Positions 19,606 through 28,677 of a DNA stretch of 64,000 nucleotides are shown piece after piece. Every line of letters starts with the position of its first letter. Position 1 is the stretch's first letter. A program made the translations under genes and the position numbers. Source of the stretch: an uncultured Acidobacteriaceae bacterium (lineage in GTDB: Bacteria; Acidobacteriota; Terriglobia; Terriglobales; Acidobacteriaceae); NCBI GenBank assembly GCA_963803795.1, contig CAWDNT010000008.1, forward strand, positions 972,555 through 1,036,554. The letters are read 5' to 3'. The notes under the pieces were generated by a model. It was given only the letters and a program-made list of their open reading frames with translations, did no database searches and was not told where the DNA came from.

Positions 19606-19947
19606 ATGCCACATTATCTTCACCAAGTCGCGTATTCCCGCGAAGGGTGGGAAGCGCTGCTGGCGCATCCCGAGAACCGCATTGAGGCAGTTAGGCCTGC
19701 GATCGAAAAGCTGGGAGGCAAACTCGAAACCGCCTGGTTCGCCTTCGGGCAGTACGATGTTGTCGTCATTACGGAACTGCCCGACAACGTGAGCGCCGCG
19801 GCGATTTCCATAGCCTTTGCCGGCGGTGGCGCCTGTAAGGCTGTGCAAACCACGCCGCTGATGTCCCCGGAGGAAGCTGTTCGCGCCTTCAAGAAGGCAG
19901 CGGAATGCGGCTATCGGCCGGCAACGACTGAAACTCGCGCCGCGTAA
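19606..19947 (+). CDS. GYD-domain protein
   Basis: 113 aa with FGQYDVVVITELPDNVSAAAISIA. A strong SD (AAGGAGG) lies upstream. Confidence 0.8.
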   Translation: MPHYLHQVAYSREGWEALLAHPENRIEAVRPAIEKLGGKLETAWFAFGQYDVVVITELPDNVSAAAISIAFAGGGACKAVQTTPLMSPEEAVRAFKKAAECGYRPATTETRAA

Positions 19948-19971
19948 GCTGATTACAGCGAACGACAACAC

Positions 19972-20000
19972 GGGCGGCCTCGGCAGGCCGCCCTTTTCTT
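19972..20000 (+). terminator. rho-independent terminator
   Basis: GGGCGGCCT-cggc-AGGCCGCCC followed by TTTTCTT, 25 nt after the GYD gene stop. Confidence 0.75.
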
Positions 20001-20033
20001 GCCGGAACAGAAAAGACTTAGGTCAGGTGAATC

Positions 20034-20771
20034 ATGCCTCAGCCCAAGACCACGCCCGCCTCCGTCGCCGCTCAAATTCGCAACGCGCTCAAAGACGGAG
20101 GTTCCGCCAAACATGCCGCCGGTGTGCAGTGGTTCTTCAAAGATGAGATCAAATCACATGGCTGGTATACCTCCGACTTGCACCGAGCCGCTGTCCGTTT
20201 TCGCCGGGAAGTAAGGAAAAAGAGCGAGCTCGACTTCCTGATCGAAGTCGCTGATCGTCTTTTCTCTGGCTCGGTGCTGGAAGAAAAGATAGTCGCCGTG
20301 TTCTTGATGGAAAAACTTGACGGCGAGTTCGGCGACGCGGAGTTTAAGCGGTTCGAGACCTGGCTCGACCGCATCAGCAGTTGGGCCGATCACGACGCTC
20401 TGGTGCATGATTTGATTGCTCCCATGATCGCCTCCAAACCTGCACGCGCAAAAATCGTTTTCCGTTGGGCAAAGTCCGCCAACCGCTGGCGCCGCCGCGC
20501 AGCCTGCGTAGCCCTGATTCGCGGATCGCGCGCGAAGATGTTCTTCCCAGAGATCACGAGGCTTTCTGATTTCCTTCTTGCCGACCAAGACGACATGGTG
20601 CAAAAGGGACTAAGCTGGCTGCTGCGCGAAACCGCGAAGTTTGATGCCAAACGCACCGTTCCGTATCTCATGAAGATTCGCGGGCATGCCCCACGGCTCG
20701 TCTTGCGTACGGCCTGCGAGACTCTGCCTCCAACGGTGAGGAAGCGAGTTCTCACCCGTAAGGCAGCATAG
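20034..20771 (+). CDS. DNA alkylation repair protein (AlkD-like HEAT-repeat family)
   Basis: 245 aa helical-repeat protein. The WFFKDEIKSHGW, WADHDALVHDLIAP and RRRAACVALI patterns are typical of this family. Confidence 0.7.
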   Translation: MPQPKTTPASVAAQIRNALKDGGSAKHAAGVQWFFKDEIKSHGWYTSDLHRAAVRFRREVRKKSELDFLIEVADRLFSGSVLEEKIVAVFLMEKLDGEFGDAEFKRFETWLDRISSWADHDALVHDLIAPMIASKPARAKIVFRWAKSANRWRRRAACVALIRGSRAKMFFPEITRLSDFLLADQDDMVQKGLSWLLRETAKFDAKRTVPYLMKIRGHAPRLVLRTACETLPPTVRKRVLTRKAA

Positions 20772-20791
20772 CTGCTCAACGTGCTGCCGCT

Positions 20792-21987
20792 TCAGAAATA
20801 GCTCAGCCAGGCATTGCTGCGCCGCCGTTTCAAATCTGCAAACCAACGGCAAAGTGGGTAAAGCGTTGTCACCACCACAGCCCAAACCAGATAAACGATT
20901 GGTAAGGAATATCCCCACCCCGGCGGCGGGGTAATGGGGAATTGGCCGGGACTCGGGGACTCGAACATCCAATGCACCTGCCCGTAGCGCGCATAACATA
21001 ACGCGATGGCGAGCATGTGTATCAGAGGTATGTGCAAGAGGTAATAAAACATGGGCACTTTGCCGACGAAGAGAGCAGGCCGGAGCCATTGCGGCATTCC
21101 CGGGTCGACCGCCCACAAGAAAAGCAGCGCCGGGCCCAGCGTCATCAGAAGAAACAGCAGCGAGGGCGGATACTTCGTAGTGTTCAAGAACGAAAGCGCT
21201 GTAAGAGCTGCGGATCTTTGCGTGCTCCACCGCAGCGGATCACCGTAGAGATTGATGCCGCGCAAAATGAAGAAGGCGGCAACCAATCCAATGCTCAGCG
21301 ATAGTAGAAGCGCCCTGCGACGTTCCGATGGCCAGCTGTAGATCTGTCCCAGGCCGTAGCCTGCCGCCGTAACGCCGGCCCACGGAATCAGCGCGTAAGC
21401 AACGAAGATGATGCGCCCGGGCCGGTCTAACAGGAAACCGGGCGCGGCATGCAGTATCGTCCAAATCGGGTTGGTGGATTGGACGGAATCGAACAGATCA
21501 TGGGTCGCAATCATCACGATGCCAAATGTGGCCACGACCGAGGCCGGGAGGTAAACCAGCACCGAGAGCGTAATCATGGCCCAGCCCAGCGCCCATAAAA
21601 CATTGAGCAGAATAAGGTGATAGTCGAAATTAAACTGCCAGCCCAAGCAGCGCACTACCACCACTTCCAGAAAGATCAGCCAGAGACCGCGGGTGAACAA
21701 AAATCGCGACAATTCCCTTTTGGATTCTTGCGCAACGATAGATAGGCGCCGGTACCAGTCAGCAGGAAGAAAACGGGCGCACAGAAATGCGTGACCCAGC
21801 GCGTGAAGAATAGTGGGATCGTTGTAGTGGCGGGGTCGGTTGGATTCACGCCGGGAACACCGAAGAAGTCCCGCACATGATCGAGCGCCATCAGAATCAT
21901 GATGACGCCGCGAACCACATCCACTGCCTCGATGCGGACGCGTTTCGTAACCACAGACTCAACCGCGGGCTCGGCGACAACAGGCAT
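20792..21987 (-). pseudogene. DUF1624 / heparan-alpha-glucosaminide N-acetyltransferase-like membrane protein, frameshifted as sequenced
   Basis: N-terminal part (21676..21987: RIEAVDVVRGVIMILMALDHVRDFF...FFLLTGTGAYLSL) and C-terminal part (20792..21712: SRFLFTRGLWLIFLEVVV...) are in different frames. The junction is near 21727..21732 and one nt appears to be missing. Confidence 0.7.
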
Positions 21988-22102
21988 CTAGCGTCCTAGT
22001 GTAGCCAAGAATCACCCTCAAACGAATGGTCTTTCAATGCGGACATTCCCTCCGCCCCGATTCGCCCAAATCCTTCGCATTGTTTACAATAGGGGATTGC
22101 CC

Positions 22103-23269
22103 ATGGACCTGGCTGCTATCCAATCTGTCCTGCGCGAACGCAACATCGACGCGTGGCTGTTCTACGACCATCATCATCGCGATCCCATCGCCTACCGCGT
22201 CCTCGGCTTGCCGGCGGGTCTCATGGTCACCCGGCGCTGGTTCTACTTGATACCAGCGCAGGGTGAACCCGTGAAACTGGTCCACAAGATCGAAGCTGGC
22301 CACCTCGATTCCCTGCCCGGCAGCAAGCGCCAGTACTCCGGATGGCAGGAACTGTTCGACGCGCTCAAATCGATGCTCGCCCCCTACCGCGACATCGCCA
22401 TGCAGTATTCGCCTAACAACATCGTGTTCACCATTTCTCTGGTCGATGGCGGCACCATCGAATTGTTGCGCGGGTTGGGGAAGAACATCGTTAGCTCCGC
22501 CGACCTTGTCGCGCAGTTCGAAGCGACCTGGACCGAAGAACAAATCAAGACTCACTTTGCTGCGCGCGACAGCGTGGATTCAATCGTGGCCGCCGCTTTC
22601 AAGGAAATTGGACAGCGTGTACGTAATGGTGGAACCACGGAATACGGAATCCAGCAGTGGTTTGTGGAAGCATTCCGCCGCGAGAACCTGCTCACCGACG
22701 ATCCGCCGATCGTAGCAGCGAACGCCAATGCTGGAAACCCGCACTACGAGCCCCGCGCCGATCATCCTGTCCCCATTCGTGAAGGTGATCTGATTTTGCT
22801 CGATGTCTGGGCGAAAAAGGATGTTCCCGGCGCGGTCTACTACGACATTACTTGGATGGGCTTCGTCGGCAAGGCGCCGTCGGACCGCATGCGCCAGGTG
22901 TTCGAGATCGTGCGCGATGCCCGCGACGCCGGTGTGAAGACAGTGATCGACGCCATTAACGCCGGGCGTCGCCTTGCCGGATGGGAGGTGGATCGCGTCA
23001 CGCGCAGCCACATCAAGAAGAAAGGCTACGGCGATTATTTCATTCACCGTACCGGACATTCCATCGGCACCGATGTCCATTCCAATGGGGCCAACATGGA
23101 CGATCTGGAAATCCACGACGAGCGCCAGATCCTTCCTAACTCTTGCTTTTCCATCGAGCCCGGCATTTATCTGCCTGAGTTCGGCGTACGCAGCGAGGTC
23201 AACATGCTGATCCGCCCCAAGTCGGCGGAAGTCACCGGCAACATCCAACATGAGATCGTAACTATCTGA
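22103..23269 (+). CDS. M24-family metallopeptidase (Xaa-Pro aminopeptidase-like)
   Basis: HRTGHSIGTDVHSNG, CFSIEPGIY and VRSEVNMLI metal-ligand motifs. ATG 22103 (MDLAAIQSVLRERNIDAWLF) is preferred. Confidence 0.85.
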   Translation: MDLAAIQSVLRERNIDAWLFYDHHHRDPIAYRVLGLPAGLMVTRRWFYLIPAQGEPVKLVHKIEAGHLDSLPGSKRQYSGWQELFDALKSMLAPYRDIAMQYSPNNIVFTISLVDGGTIELLRGLGKNIVSSADLVAQFEATWTEEQIKTHFAARDSVDSIVAAAFKEIGQRVRNGGTTEYGIQQWFVEAFRRENLLTDDPPIVAANANAGNPHYEPRADHPVPIREGDLILLDVWAKKDVPGAVYYDITWMGFVGKAPSDRMRQVFEIVRDARDAGVKTVIDAINAGRRLAGWEVDRVTRSHIKKKGYGDYFIHRTGHSIGTDVHSNGANMDDLEIHDERQILPNSCFSIEPGIYLPEFGVRSEVNMLIRPKSAEVTGNIQHEIVTI

Positions 23270-23688
23270 TGGCAAATCAAACCACAGCCAAGACTAAGGC
23301 GGCCGAGCCGGCGCAGCCCGCCAACGCAATGTCCGTAATCGCACCTGCCTTGGGCTGGCTGATTCCCGGTGCGGGTCACATCATCCAAAAACGCTGGATT
23401 CGCGGAGCTCTGCTCTTCGTCTCCATCACAACCCTCTTCGTGCTCGGCCTGATGATGCAGGGCCACATCTACAAGGCCAATGGCGGCGACATCCTCGACA
23501 TCCTAGGATTTATCGGCGACCTCGGCGCCGGCGGAATGTATATTGTCACCCTCGCGATGAATTGGGGTCAGGGCGCAATCGCTTTCGCCATCGCGGACTA
23601 TGGGACCAAATTCATGATCGTGGCTGGATTGCTGAACTTCATTGCCGTGGCCGACGCCTACCACATCGCCATCGGGAAAAAACAATGA
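23269..23688 (+). CDS. hypothetical membrane protein
   Basis: 139 aa with three to four helices. Its start overlaps the previous stop (TGATG). Confidence 0.5.
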   Translation: MANQTTAKTKAAEPAQPANAMSVIAPALGWLIPGAGHIIQKRWIRGALLFVSITTLFVLGLMMQGHIYKANGGDILDILGFIGDLGAGGMYIVTLAMNWGQGAIAFAIADYGTKFMIVAGLLNFIAVADAYHIAIGKKQ

Positions 23689-23867
23689 CCATCCAACTCA
23701 CTCACTTCAGCGCCGCTTTCGTGTTCGCGTTATTTGCGTCGATCGTCTTCGGCATCACGCACCGCGAGACCACTCGTGAGATGGTCCGCTACGGCCTGTA
23801 TTGTTTCGCCATGTTCCTCGGAGGCATTCTGGTGGCGGGCTGGGCAATGTGGCTGGTGCGAAGGTAG
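23685..23867 (+). CDS. hypothetical small membrane protein (60 aa)
   Basis: ATG 23685 overlaps the previous stop (ATGA). The product has two hydrophobic helices. Confidence 0.4.
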   Translation: MTIQLTHFSAAFVFALFASIVFGITHRETTREMVRYGLYCFAMFLGGILVAGWAMWLVRR

Positions 23868-23988
23868 CTGCTAGTTTCTAGCTTCTCGATCACTCCGCCG
23901 GCGGGAACGTCCTTGGGATCCGGACTGGTTTCTGAGTAACAAAACCGAAGGCTTTAGGCTAGAAGCCAGGAGCTAATAGCTAGCAGCT
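23867..23988. repeat. GCTAGAAGC word inverted repeat
   Basis: gctgctagtttctagcttct (23867..23886) and ggctagaagccaggagctaatagctagcagc (23957..23988), between convergent genes. Confidence 0.75.
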
Positions 23989-23993
23989 TCTTT

Positions 23994-24938
23994 TCACCCC
24001 TCCCACACGAACGCATCGAACACTCGCGTCGATTCAAAATTCAGCCTCCTATAGAGAGCGACAGCTCCGGCGTTGGCCTCGGTCACAGTCAGCGACAGCA
24101 TGGAAAACCTGCGCTTGCGTAGGTTAACGGAGGTTGCAGCCAGCAGCGCCTCGCCAATCCCGCGCGAGCGGTATTCGGGCAGCACGCAAACCTGGGTCAC
24201 ATGGCCTACATCGTTGCGAACTCTCGAGCATAGAATCAACCCGATCAAGTTCTTGGCTTTCCGATCTACGGCAGCGTAGGACGATTCCGCATCGAACAAT
24301 CCGCATCCCGGAAAACGCACAATGTTATTCAGAAAACGCAGCGATCCGCTCAGCGTGTGGTACTGGTCATTGATCTCGGCATCGACGTGCCCGCGATACG
24401 CCGCAGTAATCACGGCGGCAGCAGGCTGGTAGTCCGCCTCGGTCCACCGTCGGATTTCGACATCTGGAAACGTTGCCCGCGCCTGCGACTCAGCGTTCCC
24501 CAGCCCGAGAACCATGAACAGCCGCGGATGGCGCTGGAATCCCTGATCGAGAAACGGCCGGGCAACGCTCCCGGCTTCGTGCGCCAGCAACTGCGCTTCT
24601 ACCCGGTGAATGCCGGGAGACTGCTGCAAAGTCTCGATCACATGCGTCAGCAGCTTGATTTCGACTTCGTGCGCGCTGGCAAGGCGGGCACCGTTGGTCA
24701 CGAAAAGATCGCCGACCACTCCCTTGCTGCCTTCGTACACGAAGAAGCTGTAGCCGAAGATGCGCCCGCGTTCAATCGCCGCGTATCCCGGAAGGATTTT
24801 CGCATCTACATAGCGCAAAATCATTTCCGCCGACCCGTTATAGTCCCAGGAGAGCAGACTCGCCCAGGCTCGCGTCTCATCGTCGAGCAGAGGGCGCAAG
24901 TCGACGGAGGAAAAATGTCTGAGGTCGAGAATCTCCAA
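23994..24938 (-). CDS. GNAT-family N-acetyltransferase (two GNAT-like halves)
   Basis: C-terminal acetyl-CoA motif QVCVLPEYRSRGIGEALL. TTG 24938 (LEILDLRHF...) lies 4 nt after AGGAG. The ORF is open to 25175, but that would overlap the upstream gene. Confidence 0.7.
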   Translation of the reverse strand: MEILDLRHFSSVDLRPLLDDETRAWASLLSWDYNGSAEMILRYVDAKILPGYAAIERGRIFGYSFFVYEGSKGVVGDLFVTNGARLASAHEVEIKLLTHVIETLQQSPGIHRVEAQLLAHEAGSVARPFLDQGFQRHPRLFMVLGLGNAESQARATFPDVEIRRWTEADYQPAAAVITAAYRGHVDAEINDQYHTLSGSLRFLNNIVRFPGCGLFDAESSYAAVDRKAKNLIGLILCSRVRNDVGHVTQVCVLPEYRSRGIGEALLAATSVNLRKRRFSMLSLTVTEANAGAVALYRRLNFESTRVFDAFVWEG

Positions 24939-25068
24939 GAGGCTCCTGCAAAGTCGGCCAAGGAACTCCAGCCGGTTTTCTGGCCTCGTTCGCCGCCGCA
25001 GAAATCCGAGTGTAGTGTGTTCCTGCACGCGAGGCAAACTGCCGGAACACAGGGTGGCAACATTACTC

Positions 25069-26703
25069 TTAACGCGTGGAAACCACCCCCGCCGCTGCAA
25101 CCCAGTAGTAGTCCACATGCTGCGCGGCATAGTGCCCAAGGTAAGAGACGCGGCGGCCCGGCACCAGTTTCGCAATCTCGACTTGCGAGTTCTCCGGCGC
25201 CACCAGCAGGTGCTCTCCGGAGGGCACGCTGCCCCAATCGTAGTTGAAAGTTAGCTGGTTGCGATAAAAAGTCAGCCCGTATTCCACTTCACGTCGAACA
25301 TGGTAGACCGCCAACGGTAGCGGATGAGTCTCGATGCCGGCAATTTCCAGCGCGAGGGGACGGGCCGAGAGCGTCTGGTCCAGGGCCACGGAACCCAGTT
25401 TCAGCACAGCTCCCACACTGAGCACGATCGGAATTAGTGTGACAAACCGCAGCATGCGGAGGCCAGCCTTGCTGACCAGCGTAAGCGCAATTCCGGCGCA
25501 GAGTATAAAGGCGACGGCAAGCGCCACCAGCATCGGTTGTCCTCCGGGAAGACGATGTTGCGTAATCAGGTAGGCGATCAGAAAGGCTGGAATAATCAGG
25601 CACCCCGCCAGCAGGGCGTGCAGTACCACCAGGACCTTCTCGGGCGCCCCGGACTCGCTTCGCTGCAGATGTTGCCGCAGATACTCGGCTAGCAGCAGCG
25701 CGCCCGCCGGAGCCGCGGGAAGAATATAGCCGGGCAGTTTCGATTGCGAAACTGAGAAAAATACCACGGGCACAACCAGCCAGCAGCAAGCAAAGCCGCT
25801 GAATTCATGTTCGAAGTCGCAATCGGCCTCGTCCGCCGGCACTCGTTTCCTCCACCGCGAACCGACTCGCTGTACCGCAGCCGCAATTACGAAAACCGTC
25901 CACGGAACCAGGGCCAACGCCATTACCGGCAGGTAATACCAGAACGGTTCGGTGTGGTGATAAAGATCCAGTGAGAACCGTCCGAGGTTCTGTTCGAGAA
26001 TAAATTCACGGAAGAAGGCGGGATTGCGTATTTGCACCGCGACATACCACGGCACGGCGATGGCACAAAAGAGGAAAACCCCCGGCAGCCAGAGCGTCTT
26101 CAGGGCAAGGCGCACGTCTCGAACCGTAGCCGCGTGGAGGATAATCACCAGGGCAGCCAGAAACAGCGCGACCGGCCCTTTCGCCAGCGTCCCCAAAGCC
26201 ATGAAGCCATAGAAGACCGCCAGATATATTCTTCTCCCACTCGCTCGCCAGGCCCACCACCCGAGCATTCCGACGGTGAAAGTCGCGGCCAGCGCCATGT
26301 CCATCGACGCGGCACGCGCATAGCCGACAATTCCCGCCGAAGAAGCCGTGATCAGAGCGCCGTCCAGCTCAAAGCCAGGCCGGAAGCGGCGCAGGAAGAA
26401 GTACACAGCCAGCACAAGGAAGGTGGCATCGAGCGCCGCAGGCAGCCGGGCCACCCAATCGCTCACGCCGAAGATCCGGTACGCGAGCATGGCTTGCCAA
26501 TAATAAAGTGGAGGCTTCTCCAGCCAGGGCTGGCCACCGAGTGTGGGCGTGACCCAATCGTGGTGCTCCAGCATTTCGCGCGCCACCTGCGCGTAACGCG
26601 GCTCATCGGCTCCGACCAGCCCGAATTGCCCCAATCCATAGAAAAACAGAAAAGCGCAGAAACCCGCCAGCAATAGCGAGTCGGTACGGGTTCGATTCGT
26701 CAT
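25069..26703 (-). CDS. GT39/ArnT-like glycosyltransferase (polytopic membrane)
   Basis: DEPRYAQVAREMLEHHDWVTPTLGGQPWLEKPPLYYW is the ArnT/PMT-family N-terminal loop signature. About 12 TM helices. The start is ATG 26703 or 26763. Confidence 0.8.
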   Translation of the reverse strand: MTNRTRTDSLLLAGFCAFLFFYGLGQFGLVGADEPRYAQVAREMLEHHDWVTPTLGGQPWLEKPPLYYWQAMLAYRIFGVSDWVARLPAALDATFLVLAVYFFLRRFRPGFELDGALITASSAGIVGYARAASMDMALAATFTVGMLGWWAWRASGRRIYLAVFYGFMALGTLAKGPVALFLAALVIILHAATVRDVRLALKTLWLPGVFLFCAIAVPWYVAVQIRNPAFFREFILEQNLGRFSLDLYHHTEPFWYYLPVMALALVPWTVFVIAAAVQRVGSRWRKRVPADEADCDFEHEFSGFACCWLVVPVVFFSVSQSKLPGYILPAAPAGALLLAEYLRQHLQRSESGAPEKVLVVLHALLAGCLIIPAFLIAYLITQHRLPGGQPMLVALAVAFILCAGIALTLVSKAGLRMLRFVTLIPIVLSVGAVLKLGSVALDQTLSARPLALEIAGIETHPLPLAVYHVRREVEYGLTFYRNQLTFNYDWGSVPSGEHLLVAPENSQVEIAKLVPGRRVSYLGHYAAQHVDYYWVAAAGVVSTR

Positions 26704-26766
26704 GGAGTGAATTGCTGATTGATAACAATTGATTGTACGCAGGCCGTGTCCGGAAGAACTCAAGAA

Positions 26767-27714
26767 CTATTGTACGAAAGGGCCGCGGCGCAGCAGGTCG
26801 AGAACTTGGCACAGAGCTTGGGCCAGTGGGCCATCGAGCGAGCAGCCGCTGGCGCACTCATGGCCGCCACCGCCAAAGCGCTCGGCCACCCGCGCCACAT
26901 CGAGCTTGCCCTTGCTGCGCAGGCTAACGCGAAAACGCCCGCCGGGAAGCTCGCGGAAGAATGCCGCAACCTCAACTTCTCCGATCGAAAGCACGTAGTT
27001 CACCAGGCCTTCGCAGTCCTCTTCCTTCGCTTCACAGCGGTCCATTTGCTCTTGCGTTACCCAGGTCCAGCCCACATGGCCTTCGGTGTTGAGGTTGCGT
27101 AAAGCTTCGCCGAGCAGTCTCATTTTGGCTACCGAGTGGGCAAAGTAAATACTGCGCGCGCAGTGCGAAGGGTCAGCTCCCGCCAGAACCAGCTCGCGCG
27201 CCAGAGCGAACGTGTTCTGGTTCGTTCCCTGAAACATGAACGACCCAGTATCCGTCATCAGCGCGGTGTAAAGGCAGGTAGCAATCTCCGGAGAAAAACG
27301 CGCTCCCGCTTCGCGGGTCAGTCGGAACACCATTTCCGCCGTCGCCACAGCATGCGGATCGATCCAATTGACGTTGGCAAACGGCCGCCCGCTCACGTGA
27401 TGATCAATGTTGATCAGGAAGCGGTCTTCCAGGCCCTCAAGACGCGTCCTGTGAATGCTGTCACACTCCAGAATGATCGCCGCCTCATAGTTGCCGGCCA
27501 CGCGGTTGGACTGCAGCACCTGATCGGCGAACGGCAACGTCCGATAGATCCTCGGCACGCCATCGTGCAACACCACGTCGGCCTGTTTCCCCATGGCGCG
27601 CAAAACCTGGCAGCACGCCAGTGCTGATCCCACGGCATCGCCATCGGGTCGCGCGTGCGACGTAAGCACGAAACGGTCGCGCTGTTCGATTTGCTGGAGA
27701 ACATCCCGCAGCAT
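26767..27714 (-). CDS. nrnA: DHH/DHHA1 phosphoesterase NrnA (oligoribonuclease / pAp phosphatase)
   Basis: HARPDGDAVGS, NIDHHVSG and GGGGHECASG motifs. Confidence 0.87.
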   Translation of the reverse strand: MLRDVLQQIEQRDRFVLTSHARPDGDAVGSALACCQVLRAMGKQADVVLHDGVPRIYRTLPFADQVLQSNRVAGNYEAAIILECDSIHRTRLEGLEDRFLINIDHHVSGRPFANVNWIDPHAVATAEMVFRLTREAGARFSPEIATCLYTALMTDTGSFMFQGTNQNTFALARELVLAGADPSHCARSIYFAHSVAKMRLLGEALRNLNTEGHVGWTWVTQEQMDRCEAKEEDCEGLVNYVLSIGEVEVAAFFRELPGGRFRVSLRSKGKLDVARVAERFGGGGHECASGCSLDGPLAQALCQVLDLLRRGPFVQ

Positions 27715-27716
27715 CG

Positions 27717-28115
27717 CTATGCCTTTTTCAAACCCGGTTTGGTTCGAGATTTCATCCTCTTTTTCGCCCGTGCCAGCAGTTCTTCTACTCGCGCCTTTTC
27801 CCGCTCCGAACGGTCCAGCCGGAAGAACAATTCCGGCGCGCGCCTCAACCGCAACCGCTCCGCCAGTTCGTGCCTTATATATTCTTTGGCTGCGATCAAG
27901 CCCTCGAGGCTGCGATCCGCCTCCCTGTCGTCTCCATCCACATCCACCAGAACCTGCGCCGAGCGGCCATCGTCGGCCACGTGTACCGCTGTTACGCCCA
28001 CCAGCCCAATGCGGGGATCGGCCAGCTCTCCTTCCACCAGCGTCTCAATCTCCTCGCGCAAAGCCTCGCCCAGCCGCCCGCGATGGTACTTTACCCCGCG
28101 CTTCTCCACGCTCAC
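27717..28115 (-). CDS. rbfA: ribosome-binding factor A
   Basis: RLGEALREEIETLVEGELADPRIGLVGVTAVHVADDGRSAQVLV. It ends 2 nt before the nrnA start. Confidence 0.9.
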   Translation of the reverse strand: MSVEKRGVKYHRGRLGEALREEIETLVEGELADPRIGLVGVTAVHVADDGRSAQVLVDVDGDDREADRSLEGLIAAKEYIRHELAERLRLRRAPELFFRLDRSEREKARVEELLARAKKRMKSRTKPGLKKA

Positions 28116-28237
28116 CTCGAAGTAAAACGCATGAGAATATCAGAAAACCGGCCCGAGATGTTGGCCCCCAAGTGCTATTGTCGCGCACCAAGGAGCGATC
28201 CGGGTAAGTACAGAGGTAACAATGCGATAGAAGCAGT

Positions 28238-28313
28238 CGTCAGTGGCCAGTGGTTAGTGGGCAATTGAAACCAACACGATACTTGGTCTTACTGGTCACG
28301 AACACTGACCACT
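28238..28313. repeat. GTGGCCAGT word hairpin
   Basis: gtcagtggccagtggttagtggg ... cttactggtcacgaacactgaccac, oppositely oriented word runs between DUF503 and rbfA. Confidence 0.75.
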
Positions 28314-28320
28314 TCGTAAG

Positions 28321-28608
28321 CTACAGATACTCCACAAACGAGTCAGCAACTTCAGCCCCGTGGTTGTTGGCGATGCGGGTAGCCTTCCGCTCCACATTCT
28401 TCATCAATCCATCGAGATAGCCGCGGGAATCGGAGATGGCAACGACGCCGATGGTGGCGCGGTTCCACAGTCCGCTGGCCTCGATTTCAGCCACGGAGAC
28501 GTTGAAACCGGCGCGCAGCCGGTCTTTCAGGCTGCGGACGACTTGTCGTTTATCCTTGAGCGATTGCGCCGCTTCGATGTGAAGTTCGAGCGTGAGGAAG
28601 GCGATCAA
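28321..28608 (-). CDS. DUF503-family protein (YlxP-like)
   Basis: LELHIEAAQSLKDKRQVVRSLKDRLRAGFNVSVAEI. It occupies the canonical position between infB and rbfA. Confidence 0.85.
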   Translation of the reverse strand: MIAFLTLELHIEAAQSLKDKRQVVRSLKDRLRAGFNVSVAEIEASGLWNRATIGVVAISDSRGYLDGLMKNVERKATRIANNHGAEVADSFVEYL

Positions 28609-28675
28609 GGTCAGTGGCCAGTGATCTGTGGCCAGTAAGAAGACAAATCGACGCGTTTAACTGGTCACCCACTGT
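28609..28675. repeat. GTGGCCAGT word hairpin
   Basis: ggtcagtggccagtgatctgtggccagtaag ... ttaactggtcacccactg. It fills the whole infB-DUF503 spacer. Confidence 0.75.
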
Positions 28676-28677
28676 TC

